The position numbers and the translations under genes are program-made. This document shows positions 51,165-63,388 of a stretch of DNA of 64,000 nucleotides, in pieces. Every line of letters starts with the position of its first letter. Within the stretch, counting starts at the first letter, position 1. Under the pieces are notes generated by a model that was not told the origin of the DNA, ran no database searches, and saw only the letters and a list, made by a program, of their open reading frames with translations. The stretch comes from Nemertoderma westbladi (taxonomy: Eukaryota; Animalia; Xenacoelomorpha), in contig JAUCBJ010006272.1 in the NCBI GenBank assembly GCA_032718475.1, forward strand, positions 46,711 to 110,710, given 5' to 3'.

Positions 51165-51880
51165 GGGTTGGAAGTCTGACGCTCTAACCACTCAGCTAGC
51201 GGCTCGGGTAAAAGATAGACCTGGAAATACTATCTGATACCTTGTATGTCCGCTATTAACCTCCTCATGGCCACTCATCTGTCAATACCATCATCTGCTG
51301 CCACTGTGCTCAACCCTACGGTACTTGGCCGACTTTAACCATTCGCTACAATGAAAGGGTAGTGTATATTAACCATGAACCATCACGGCCACAATAATTA
51401 ATGGTTGGTAGTAACAATGTGTTGGCAAGCTGTGTTTTTCGGTAAAAATGTACACATGTGATGGGATTAGTCCTACAATTGTGCCAATAAAAGATAAGTT
51501 ATTCTCGGTAAAATAAACTTATCATTCGAGGTTAAGACCCCTAGATCCCTTTCTATAAATGTATAACAATAATTAGTCAATCATACAAGGTATCAGGTAG
51601 TATTTCCAGGTCTATCTTTTACGTGAGCCGCTAGCTGAACTGTTAGAGTGTCAGACTTCCAACTCGGAGGTCACCAGTTCGATCCCACCTGGACGTCATT
51701 GCCGACTTTGCAAAGCTGTGCCCAACAAAAAGTTATAATAATATGCGCTGGGAAAATATTTCCGGCTAATTTCAGACCTGCGTACTGGTCATGCAGACCT
51801 TCACCATGTGATGAACTTTCGAACTCTGTCCTTTATAAAACACAGAAAAGGGCTTGGCCGTCGACGTAGACCCCAAACAC
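51165..51880 (+). mobile_element. tRNA-derived SINE-like element with an inverted duplicate of its head
   Basis: GAGCCGCTAGCTGAACTGTTAGAGTGTCAGACTTCCAACTCGGAGGTCACCAGTTCGATCCC at ~51625-51686. About 80-bp inverted copy at ~51168-51248. Confidence 0.6.
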
Positions 51881-52010
51881 CCAGTACGACAATCCGGATA
51901 GGTCGAGGGTCCGAAAAAGGTTAACATGATGATTAATTTCTCACTCGGACTTTTGTCCCAATACCGATTAATATTTTAGGATAATAAAGAAGTTCGTAAT
52001 TTCAATATAC

Positions 52011-52204
52011 CTGTAAGCATTTAAATCATCCTTATTTCCCACCAGAGACATCACCGGCGGTGTCAACCGACCAATACTCCTCCACTCCTCTTTAATTCCC
52101 ACGAACATATTCTCAGCCTCACTGAAACTCGAGCTGTCCACGATACTATAAACAACGATTACTCCGTCTGCCCAGCTCAGAAATTTATCAATTTCACCGA
52201 CACT
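52011..52204 (-). CDS. RERG/RASL-like small GTPase, exon (G4)
   Basis: FLSWADGVIVVYSIVDSSSF...MSLVGNKDDL. Acceptor cccag, donor AG|GTATAT. Confidence 0.88.
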
Positions 52205-52637
52205 CTGGGTAAACAATAATGAATACAAATTTTACATTTGAAAAGGTGTACACATCTAACTTATTTTATTATTATTATAGGATAGGTTAAATTGTAACCG
52301 GTATTTACATATTTAAATTATGTTTATATGTTAACAAACCGCGAGCACGCGGTTTCAACCATTGCCTCTCGGTCAGTCGGTCTGTCTGACTGTCGCTGTC
52401 TGTATGTCGGCTGTTGGAAGTTGACAATTGCGACCCGGACAATTGCATCCCAACAGATTTTTTTAAAATTTCAATGGATGAAATTATATAAAACTTGGTA
52501 AATTTATTTTCTGACATATCATCATTTATCTAGTTACCCGCTAGAGGGCGACTACAACGTTGTAACTAGCGCTACCCAACTGCTAAGCGTACTTACTTCC
52601 TACTGAGCAAAGGCCCCATGAACGTGTTGTTACTAAC

Positions 52638-52765
52638 GTTGCTTGCGGTATCCATAACATTAACAATTACTTTGTGTTTTCCAACGAAGTCCTGCTTTCT
52701 ATAGATATTCCCATTACTATCGTATTCGCCGATGTACCTTTTCGTTAAATACCTCACGGTGATCG
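52638..52765 (-). CDS. RERG/RASL-like small GTPase, exon (switch I to G3)
   Basis: Not in the ORF track. Translation after acceptor cacag gives AITVRYLTKRYIGEYDSNGNIYRKQ...VNVMDTASN. Donor AAC|GTTAGT. Confidence 0.85.
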
Positions 52766-52974
52766 CTGTGACGAAATTTTTTTTTTTTTTTATTAAAATA
52801 TCAAAAATTAAAACAATAAGAATAGATAGACCTACTCCATATTATTACTGTAGTAACTACATACTGTGAACTTCGTGTACTTCAGTATACCAGAATATTA
52901 ACCACCATATTTAGTAGTTAAAAATTTTCTACTCTATTCCGAGTAGAAATAAAGCATTTTACTATATATTTTAC

Positions 52975-54800
52975 CGACCTCCCGGATGGTTGCTATAGAT
53001 TCTTGGTCCCAACCCCCCAGGGCTTCGACAACAAGTGGTGTGAACCCCACCCCAGAGGAGCGGCATTCCTCTGCGTGCGAAGTCATCTTGTGGTGCTTCG
53101 CCATGGTGAGTGCGTGACCTGGGTGCATGGCAGACCCGTGGATGGTGAGGGCGTGAAGGCTCGAGATGACCGTAATAGCTAAGTCCATTGGTTCTCCTCT
53201 GCACCAGTTGGGCAGGAACACGTCAGCTGGTCTGCCGCGGGAGCCGGCCACTATGCCATGAACTTCCCTCCGGGGCACTAGAGCAGCTGATTGAGCTGCA
53301 GTGTAGACTCCATCTCGGAGAGAGTCGTGACGACTGATACGGTCGGCGGCACCTCCGCAACCCACATTATGGTCACCGAAGGAGTCAGAGACTGACTCAC
53401 GCACTGGACAGGAGGTTTGCTCAGAAGACATACGTACACCTAGCCAATACTGTAGGCATGTCTGGTACTCCCTGTCCAGTATGTGAAGGCCAAGTGACGT
53501 GGATGGGATCATTTGTAACCAGTCGCCGGTATGTGGCAAAGAGGTGGAGTTGGACAAGGCAATGGAACGGGTGCCGGGGGTGGTAGTGATCAGAAGGTCA
53601 TGGTTGGCGATGTCAATGACGTGTGAGAGGGCACGCTGAGTAATGGGAGAAGGGAGCATGGATATTGAGGACCATTCAGGGTTCTTGGCCGTGACGGCAA
53701 TGCGATCTATCACTGGTGTGAGATGTGGATCCATCGGGGGGTGCCAGAGGATTCTGCTGACCAATCTGAGTGACTGATGGGATGATGCTACATACGCGGC
53801 CGGAGCGTGGCTGGTAGCTTTCCGTAGCCCTAGTCCACCCATGGACGTTGGAAGCGTAGCTTTGAGCCATCGACCCACCTAAGATGTCCGACAGGGCATC
53901 TCGGATTCGAACTCGGTTGAGGCAGACAATGAAGTCGGGGGGACAACAGCGGAGGGCGGACATGACCTTGTATAGAGAAAGACAAGACCGTAGCAATGAG
54001 GTCTCCATCTGTGAGTCCTTTATGTCTGGGAGCCAGGCAATGATGTCTTTGACTTTGCTGACCCGATGGGTAACCGCCTCATCACAGTATAACAGTGGAT
54101 CCATAGGGGAGCCCAGCTGTGTTAGACCTGTAGACAGAGCTGGGATTGACTTTGGGAGAACATTGAGTTTGGAGTCAGATTCCTGAAGGGTAAATATCTG
54201 AGATTACCTCCCGATTGAGGAGCAGGCCGATAGGGGGGCCTATCTGCCCATGAGTTCAATGATGTCAAGGGCGATTGGTAGGGCAGTGGAGGAGCCACAT
54301 ATGGTACCATCATCCAGGTACCAGCTAGAGAACTGTAGGTTAGTAGACCTCCTCCTTGATGCGTATGGCCAGTGGCTGGAGGGTGATGGCAAAACCCAGG
54401 GGGCCTAGTGGATCACACTGCTGAACACCGCAGCAGCTTAGAATCTTCCTGTCTCCCAGCTATAGGATGGCCTGTACGCCGTAACAGGACTCAATCCAGG
54501 CGGAGATGAAAGGGATATGGAGGCGGATTTCAGAGAACATACTCGCACGGTCTATCGCGTTGAAGGTGTTCTTGAAGTCCACGAGTAGCACGAGTAGCAC
54601 ATGGTGGTGTTGTCCAAAGTGGAGGAGACAGGTCTAACAATAGCCTCACACACGATTGGAGTACTCACCCCAACCTGGAGAGGAGACAGGTAATCTGCTG
54701 CTATGTAAGCCGCCCCAGAGACAAGGCACTTTGAGGGAGGCCTTCTGAGGTTCTCGCCTACTGCTATGGGGCGGAGGCCGCCATCCCTTTTCTTATAGTC
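52975..54800 (-). mobile_element. Degenerate CRE-clade non-LTR retrotransposon fragment (RT and restriction-like endonuclease)
   Basis: GGLRPIAVGE at ~54755-54785, LP.SMGGLGLR, GDWLQMIP, GDHNVGC...RHDSLRD, RPADVFLPNW and FTPLVVEALGGW. Many frameshifts. Confidence 0.82.
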
Positions 54801-55007
54801 CAGTCAATCTAGCAAAAAACCCATAAGTATTTCGCAATCAATCCGAACCACATATTTTGGATTCTATATTACCTTATTAATGACCAAAAAAAAAATCTAC
54901 AAAATTTTATTTTGCGGATCATATGTTTATTCATGGAAATTCTGCGTATATTTGCATAACACAAGCCAAACAAAAGGAACATTAGGGAAAAGTAAGTAGC
55001 AAATTAG

Positions 55008-58000
55008 TTTTTTTTTTTTTTTTTCATAATAATACTTATAATGAGATATATCAATTAAATATAAACGTTTCGGAATAAAAATACTAACACAAATAATATG
55101 TATGTCTACAGTAGCTACAGTAAAGGTTGAATGATGAAGGGAATTAGAGCTGTGTAGTGATTGGGATGACTTGTTTAAACTTTGATACAGGCCTCAGATG
55201 TAGCTGCCTGTATTCCGGTTTCCTGCAGAGTAATTGGGACCCGTTTAATCCGTGGTTCTCGTGCGCCTCGCAAACACATTATTGAAGAGCGCAATAGCGC
55301 AAAGCTTAAACGTGTACGGATTAATGCCACTGTCTCGGAGTAAGGAGCACCTCGCTTTGCAGATAGAAGGAGTGCTACTCTATTTAATAGTGCCTGAGCA
55401 CCCCTGCCAGCTCCCCCTGTAGTTGACATTACAAATGGAGTAAAGGATGCGTGTTCAATGAGAGTTATCCGTTCTTCATATTTGCGGCGCTTATCCTTTT
55501 CATGCTTTGTATAAACTGCATTGATCGACTTGGGGTTGGATGCACAAAGTGGATTAAAAACTTTCACGTCTATGAAGAGCTTCTGGAAGCATCCACCCCA
55601 TATGCCAGAAGCTGCCACATCCAGTCGAGCATCCAGGTCTGTTGAGGTACTACTCAGTTTAAACTGTTCATCACCCACTGGTTGAAGGTGTGGTTCTATC
55701 TGCAAGTCATGAGAAACCTCGACTAATAACTCCGCCAAGTAGTCCCTTACCTCATTATGGCAAAGGCTGGGGTATCCACCATTTGGACAGTGTAAGACAA
55801 GCGATATGGAGTGTTCGGCCCCACATGAACATAGTGCAGGAAGCTTTGGTGGCTGCCACCCAAATCGCAAACACAGTGCATCCCTGAAGGCTTCTTTGTG
55901 TAGGGAGTAACCGTATTTGGTCAGTGGTAGTGCGGTCAGCCAGGAAGAGGCTCCCTTTTCCTTAGATAGTAGGCGGAGGTATTGGTCGCTGTTGCTAAGC
56001 TTACTGTGGATGCACGCTGCGCTTTCCTTCACACCTTCCATTCGATCTTTCTTTATTTCTCGGCGGATTGTTTGTTGTTTTGTACGAGCTTCTGATGGTT
56101 CTAAGCAGGTGTCAACACTAAAGAGTGGTTCACATAATCTTCGGGACTCCTGGATACCCTGATGAAGGTCGGTTGATCTTAATATTGCTAGACCTCCCTC
56201 CCTGACAGGCAGAGCGAGGAGATCGCGCTGTATTTTACCTGGAGGGGGATTACCTGTTATGGTTGGGATGACCCGATCTGTAATCATGTCATTAATTTGG
56301 TCCATTGCGGTGGTAAACCCAGGAGTTGTTCTTGATAAAAAGTTGAACTTAGGTTGCATGCCACACACGAGACAACTATAGGATGGCTGAGGAGCTGTTA
56401 CAGCGAATTCTCGAAGTTTAACCAGCTGATCACACAGTGAATGGACTTTGTCATTTACATAATCACTGCAGCATGATTGGGACCCAATAACTGAGCCTAG
56501 TACATGATGACCTTCAGTTAGTTGTACGCCAGTGTTAGCAAAAATGGTTTTAGCTTCGCTCATGAATCCTTCCTTCACGATAAGAAATGTTTTTATTGCG
56601 TTCGGGGAATAACCATATCAAGGTCCATAGGAGCATATGGCATCCCAGTATGTTCGAAGGGTTTGTAGTCGGCCAGCTGCATTTCCGTCATCTGCAAACC
56701 ATTTTTCCAACAATTTGTCTTCTCCAAATTTTTCCTGATCGAGATCGTGTGCCACTTTACCAACTAGCTTTATTAGTGGAAGGGTTCCAACACCATACAT
56801 CGCCAGTGCCAGTGGGTCACCCTGTGTTGATCCTTCTTCTGACAACATGGTCTCATTATCTACGAACAGTTGTGAGGGACTTCTGTATGAGTTGCATAGT
56901 GCTGTTGACAGAGCTGGACAGATAACCTGGCAGTTTAGTAACGTTAGTTTGCGGTTTAATGCATTAAATGCGTTGGTTGCATCTATTAGAAGGATTCCTT
57001 CACATTCTGGGTCCTCGAAGTGATCTCTAAGTGCATGTATAGCGTATTCTATTCCGCCGATCTGTCCAACACAAAGTTGAGTGTTATCAGCATCTTTTTC
57101 TAAGTCAGCTCTAATACAGGTCATTATATCCTTCCCATTTATCCTCCGCAGAACCTCCCCAACACCAACAGGGCCTACTCCAGGATCCTTATCTAGTGGT
57201 GCAAGTCGAGATGCATTATATGGTGTTAGTATTTTTGGATCTATATGCTCTGTTGCTATGCGCCTCGTAGTTGCTGCGACGCTCTTTCTTAGGTCAACTG
57301 AGTTCTTTCCAAAGGATGTCAGGAGCCTCCTCCAACTATCTGCATCCAGTCCATATGGTCCAGCGGAACCCCTGGTCCTCAGGGTGGCTGAGAGGATAGT
57401 CTCCAAAGTAATTCGGTCATAGATGGCCGGGTGGTATTCCATACTATTTGGCCAGGATGATTCAATGAGGAGTGTGTCCAGTTTACCAGGACTTGGGTGT
57501 TTCTCTCGAAGAATTTCTTTGACGGTTTTGTCTCCGACTGTGTCATTTAAACCAAGTGGTTTCCCCTGTACCTTTGAGTCTCCCAGTATACTGAGTGCTG
57601 CTGCAACACGTCCAGTGCCCATCCTGACGATGAAATCGCGCCTTTGCTGTTCGCCAGGTTTATTATCTCTAGGCCTTCTTCCCCTGCGAAGGGCTCTGCC
57701 CTCTTGTAGTAAATCTTCTATTTTACCAGCTTCCCATAGCTCCAACCTTCGACGCAGTGTTTGACTAATACTCCCAGATTTTTGTTCAGGACTCCCAGCG
57801 GCCTGTAGAATAAGTTTTGGTAGTACCATTATTGCCAACATAGCCATAGGTTCTAGTGCTAATTTTTCGCTGAAAGATTTGTGGAGGCCGGTAAGTGTGT
57901 CTACGAACATCCTCCCTGCTTGTGATCTAGATACATCAAAAAGGAAAGGCTTCCAGTGGACGATTTCATCATATACACTTTGTAGACGTGTTATAAATAT

Positions 58001-59336
58001 ACTCCCCGGGATACCATTCCAACTGAAACCGGGATTGCTTGCCTCAAATGGAGGCAGGGTACTATTTATGGCTGGTTGAAATGGGGCAGTCTGATCAGTT
58101 TCTAAAGCCAGGTCTGAATCTGGGGAATTAGAAAATTCGGTCTCAAATGGGTGTGGGTGGGCTGAGAGATTTTCTTCGGTATTCTGGTCATTTGGTGTCG
58201 GATGCATAGATGGCTTCACTGTGTTATTTGTTTGCCTTCCTGATCCTAAGCATAGGTCTCCAATTTTGGTTTCGTGCTTTTTTACCTTACCATCCTTGTT
58301 TATTTTTATTGTCTTTTCGCATAGATTGCAGTAGATCCTTAGCAGGTGCGTTTGGGTGTCTGATGAGCAACTGTTAGTGGATTTAGTCGAGGTGTCATAC
58401 TTTTTTGCGTTGGTCTGGGTTGGTGGTAAGGTTGGTGTGCGGTTTACTTCTGCATTGTTAGTAGGTTGTGTATGGATGTTTGGAGTTTCTTGCTTGCACT
58501 TCAGCATTGTTGGTTGGTCAGTGGATTGCGCTGGTCTAACTAGAGTTGCTTTTTCTATAATTGATGATGACATTTGTTTGCGGAAGAGTGAAATTACAGA
58601 GTCATCAATATTATACTGGCACTGAGGTCTATTGTTTAGAAGCAGATATGCAAAATAGCAAATGTAAGCCCCACAGTGGAAATTGTTATATTGTTGTTTA
58701 GGCAGGCGTGGAACCATTTTGATTTCTGTGGGAGTGGTACTGTTGTTCGCGAATTGTTTGTTTATCCACCGTTTTAGAATAATTAGTGCCTTTTCATCAG
58801 TCCATGCTAGAGAGTCGAAATACCAGATGCATGATTCTGTTAGTGAGTAGACTGGCATTACCCAATGGCAACCACTAACGTTAAAAGGGAAAAAAAGTAA
58901 GTTATAGGATAAGAAGTCTGTTTTGGGCCGATGGGCAGTTACTTTGAGCTCATTGGATTCAAAAATATTGAGATAGTGGGGGTTGAAGACTTTTGCCTTA
59001 CCATTGTAATCTGTGGAAAACCCATTAATTATGGCCTCTATGATGTTGTCGGTTAACCATTTGTTACCTTCTAGGGAACTAATGTCATGTGAAGAGATGT
59101 CCAAACCACTATAGTTGAAAACATCTACTGATGATGGTGGAACATCTGACATTAGAACACTATCTGACAAATCTATATAGCTTGCATCGATTGTGTTGTA
59201 GGTATATACGGTTAAGTTTAATTTTTAAATCTTAAGTTTCATTCTTAAATTTCATTATGGTAAACAAAACAAAGAATAACAATTATTAAAATTTAAAACA
59301 TTTCAAACTAATCATAAAAACGTAGCTAGTTAAAAA
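55008..59336 (-). mobile_element. CRE-clade non-LTR retrotransposon with an N-terminal Ulp1-like protease
   Basis: Poly(A) tail (T-run 55008-55024) and TSD AAGTAGCAAATTAG (54994-55007, 59337-59350). One long reading frame encodes C48 protease, Zn finger, RT and RLE. Confidence 0.9.
55175..59152 (-). pseudogene. Ulp1-ZnF-RT-RLE polyprotein with a single in-frame stop
   Basis: Protease motifs WLTDNII, HWV, YFDSL and QQYNNFHCGAY. RT motifs PVGVGEVLRR, IDATNAFN, QGDPL and FADD. RLE motifs CSCG...HC..GG...HNEVRD, RLDV and IDVKV. ORFs 56618-59170 and 55175-56578 share a frame, separated by one TGA at 56618-56620. Confidence 0.88.
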
Positions 59337-59909
59337 AAGTAGCAAATTAGTAATGTTCCAGAATAATTTAATTAATTTCACAATATGCTGTGATTCAATG
59401 GGAAATTAGTAATATTTACATTGGCGTGTTACACATTAATTGTTATATCTCGGAAACTAGAAGTCGCATCAAATTTTAAAATATATCAAAAACTTCATGA
59501 TATATTAAGCTAACTGTTGTAAAAGAATTATACAATTCCACTGTAAGGAAATTTCATAATTTCCATTAATGTTAGTGAAGATTTTTCACGTACTTAAATT
59601 ATGATTGCTCTATTGATTTTAGGTGTAATTTATTTATTTGTTTTAGTTTAGAAACAACAATAGTTTATCATATAACAAATAAATTTTTTGGGGATAAGGG
59701 TTTTTGAGGTCGAGAAATCCGATGGGCGAGGTTACATCCACCCGTTTAGTAGAGAAGTTGTGTAAATAAGCTCCCTGTATTGTACCAGCAAAATTGTTAT
59801 TAAAAATGGTGAAATTATGAGACAAATTTCCGTTGCTCTGGAAACTAAATTGGTAACTATATAGAAGTGCATACTTCAGTCAATCGATAGTCATTAGAGT
59901 AAAGTTGTA

Positions 59910-62900
59910 GTCAGGTCAGGTATTCTAGGTCATTGATCAAGAAAACTTGCCACCTCCATGCAGCATAAAGGAGGTGCCACCTGTAGCTGCATAGACCCTC
60001 TTACTAGGGCAAATCTGGTCCTGTAACTAGGACCCCCTTCGTTCTGGGATAAGGACGCCCTTGGTCCAGGATTAAGGACCCATATACTAGGCTGCAGGGG
60101 TATATGGCCTGGCCAGGCAGATGGTGATCTACCAATGGCTGGTCAGTAGTAGAGTGTTCTCATATCCACTCTGAGTGCACTTCACTGCGACCTGCACCTG
60201 GCAGCAGGGGTACAGGGCATGACCCAGCAGATGAGCTGCACAGCCAATGGTGGGTCATGTGCGCGAGAGTAGATATGGGTGATGGGCCTCATATCTGACT
60301 CCACTGCGACACCCACCCTGTGGAATGGCAAACCAGGGTGTGGTATTTGCCCCGAGAGCTGACTCGGCAAAAAAGAACCCCCCAACCCCCACTATGGATT
60401 ACATTAGTAATGTGGAGGTCCAGCCACTAGAGGCCAGTGGAATGACTGGACACAATCGGCCTCACAGGTGTCAGTTATCTCCTGACCGGCTGCCTGTCTC
60501 ACCCCCTACTGGAGAGAGAGCGGCAAACAATTCTTTGAGTCCATTTCCTGATGACCTTTCTGGCCCAAACCGTGGTCACCAGGGAGGCCAGATTGTGAGG
60601 GGGAGAGGGATTCTGGAGTTGGAGGCTACTCTCATGTTCCACCCCGACCAACAAAGCCATTGGTGAATCTGAGGCAAGTCACTAGACTAGCCTCAGTAAA
60701 CACCCTAACACTCGGGTCCCCAATGCGACAAGGTGAGCTGACTGCCTTGGCAGATAAGCTTTCTCTTAGTGCAGTGGGTGTTCAAGAGTACCTAATGCAG
60801 ACTGGACAGACTGATGAGGTTCTGCTTAAGGACATGGGGGGCGGTTGGCGACTCGCCCTCGCATCAGCAGATGGTAGTGGCAATGGTGGAATTGGTCTAT
60901 TGATGAATCCAACTTCACATGCAGCATTGGACAAAATAGACCAAATCTCTAACCGCATCATCCGTTGCCACTTCTCATGTTCTGGAAGACTGTCTAAGAA
61001 GTTTCCTAAGGTGGTTCTGATTGTGTGCTACTCTCCAACTAGTGTTGCCCCTGTAGAGGAGGTGGAAAATTTCTACCAGAATCTACAAGCAGCTACTGAT
61101 GGAGTGGATCAGCATGCATTCTTAACATTCCTGGGAGACTTTAATGCAAGTCTGCATCAATCACCTACATCGCCCTGGGTCTATAGCAATAGTGTTAACC
61201 GAAATTCCGTCCATCTTCGGGATTTTATCTCTGGAAATGGAATTGTTTTCGGCTGGAACCCAGTTCAAGAAGCGAACTGGAAAGCTATGGACTCATAGTG
61301 GACCCAGTGGTCACAAGTCTCAGATAGACCATATCCTGTTTCGTAGGAAATACAGGAGCTCTATACAAGACTGTAATGCATTTACACTACGACCCTTCTC
61401 CAGTGATCACCGCCTTATTGTGGCCAAGGTAAGACTTAGTCTGCGTGCTAGCAGAACAACGAAATCTGCCTTGCCGCGGCATGACTGGTCCTCTCTGTTG
61501 CAACAGCCAAGTATGAGACCCAGCTTCACACTACAGCTGAGCAACGGGTATGAGGCTCTTGCCTCTGAGGCGGCAGATCACTGTGAGGGCTATACTGCCT
61601 TCACAGAGGCAGTTAAGTACGTTAGCAGCTGCAGAAACAGTTCCTGTATACACTCGAAACAGGAAACGGGAACAGACTACAGCGGCCAAAAATGCAGTTA
61701 AGGCTGCATCTAGGTCCCTGAACAGGCAGTAGTACTCTGTTAATTTACAGGAGTTAATAAACCAACAGGTTGATGCCATCAATGATGCTGACGACAGCAG
61801 GCAATCATCCCAGGCATGGAGATCGATCAACTTGCTTGCTGGTCGAAAAAGCCAACCAACCACCAAGGTTAAGGCTGAATCACCAGCCGATCGCCTCAAT
61901 GTTTGGACGGCCCACTTTGAAAAGCTCCTCAACAATGACAGGGTATTGCCTGATAACTTTATAGAAGTAAAAGTGTCTGAGTCTGTACTCCCAGATATTC
62001 CCTTTGGTGATATCTCCATTGCAGACTGCAGACTATCTCCACTGCCCCAAAGAGCATTAAGACCAATCGTGCCAGTGGAGTAGATGGTGTTGCCCCTGAG
62101 GTCTTTAAAATACCTGAGTGTTTAAAGCTCATCTATCCCATCATATTAGACATGTACCGTACAACAAGAGTCCCACAAGAAATGAAAACAAATAAGTTGG
62201 TGCCAGTTCCCAAGAAGGGCAACCTAACACTCTATGGTTCTTTTCGGGGAATCTCATTGATCTCGATTGCTGCAAAGCTATACAATAGAATTATATTAAA
62301 TCGCATCAGGGATCCCATTGAGAGACTGCTCCGTGGAAATCAGAATGGGTTCCGTAAAGGTCGTGGGACCATGGAGCCCATTTTGGCACTTAGAAGGATA
62401 ATTGAAGACTTATCAAAAAAGAAAGACAGGCATCTGGCTGTTATCTTTGTTGACTTCTTCAATGCCTTTGATTCAGTCTCTTGCTCACGTATGTTCAGCA
62501 TACTTTCATTATATGGGATTCCTGATGAAATTATTGCAGCAATCAGATCAGTATACGATTTCGACAACATTTGTGTCTACTGTTGACGGTGACACAGAAC
62601 CATTTGAAGTGTTATGGGGCGTCCTCCAGGGAGACACACTTGCACCATTCTTGTTCATAATTGTTGTTGACTATGTTCTACGCATGTCCTTAGATCATTA
62701 TAATGATGATGGGGTGATGATAACTCCACCTACTGGCTCCAGAAGTTGAGGAAATCCTGCCAAGTACCTAACTGATCTAGACTTTGCTGATGACTTAGGA
62801 GTACTCCCAGAATCACTAGAGGAATCCCAACGGCTCCTCAGCTCATTAGAACCTGCTGCTTCTAGTGTTGGTCTTTTTATTAACTCCAGAAAGACCAAAA

Positions 62901-63388
62901 TTTTGACAGTTAACTTTGAAAGTCCTCAGCAAGTCTATGATCGGATGAGCATAAGCTCAAAAGATGGTATGCTTGAGCATGTGGATGACTTCTGTTACCT
63001 GGGATCATGGATCCGGAAGTCAGGTGAGGACCTTCGAATACGTAAGGGAAAGGCATGGGCAGCCTTGAATAGGCTTTCCAGAATTTGGAAGTCACCGAGA
63101 ATTAATCGGAAACTTAAGGTCCGGTTATTTAGATCAGCAGTAGTTCCAGTACTCCTCTATGGGAGTCCATGCTGGGCTCTAACTGCTGAGGACACCAAAT
63201 CTATGGACTGCACATTCACAAGAATGCTACGCCGGGTTCATTGTGTCAAGTTCAATGCACACACCAGACATTATATAACATTGGAGTTGTCTCATTGGTT
63301 CCCCCAAGCTTGACACTAGAACAAAATTGCCTCTGCTTTGCAGGACATTGCTTTCGCCGTGAGGACCAGCCAGTGCATAATCTTGTAC
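59910..63388 (+). mobile_element. Near-full-length RTE-like LINE (APE endonuclease and RT), frameshifted
   Basis: Endonuclease motifs VGVQE, CYSPT, LGDFNA, SQIDHIL and SDH, with RT as in the 33945-35402 copy. The 5' boundary is approximate and the 3' end is truncated at ~63388. Confidence 0.9.

Noticed and set aside
55451-58625. Plus-strand ORFs over the CRE element
   Set aside because: Antisense shadows of the polyprotein frame.
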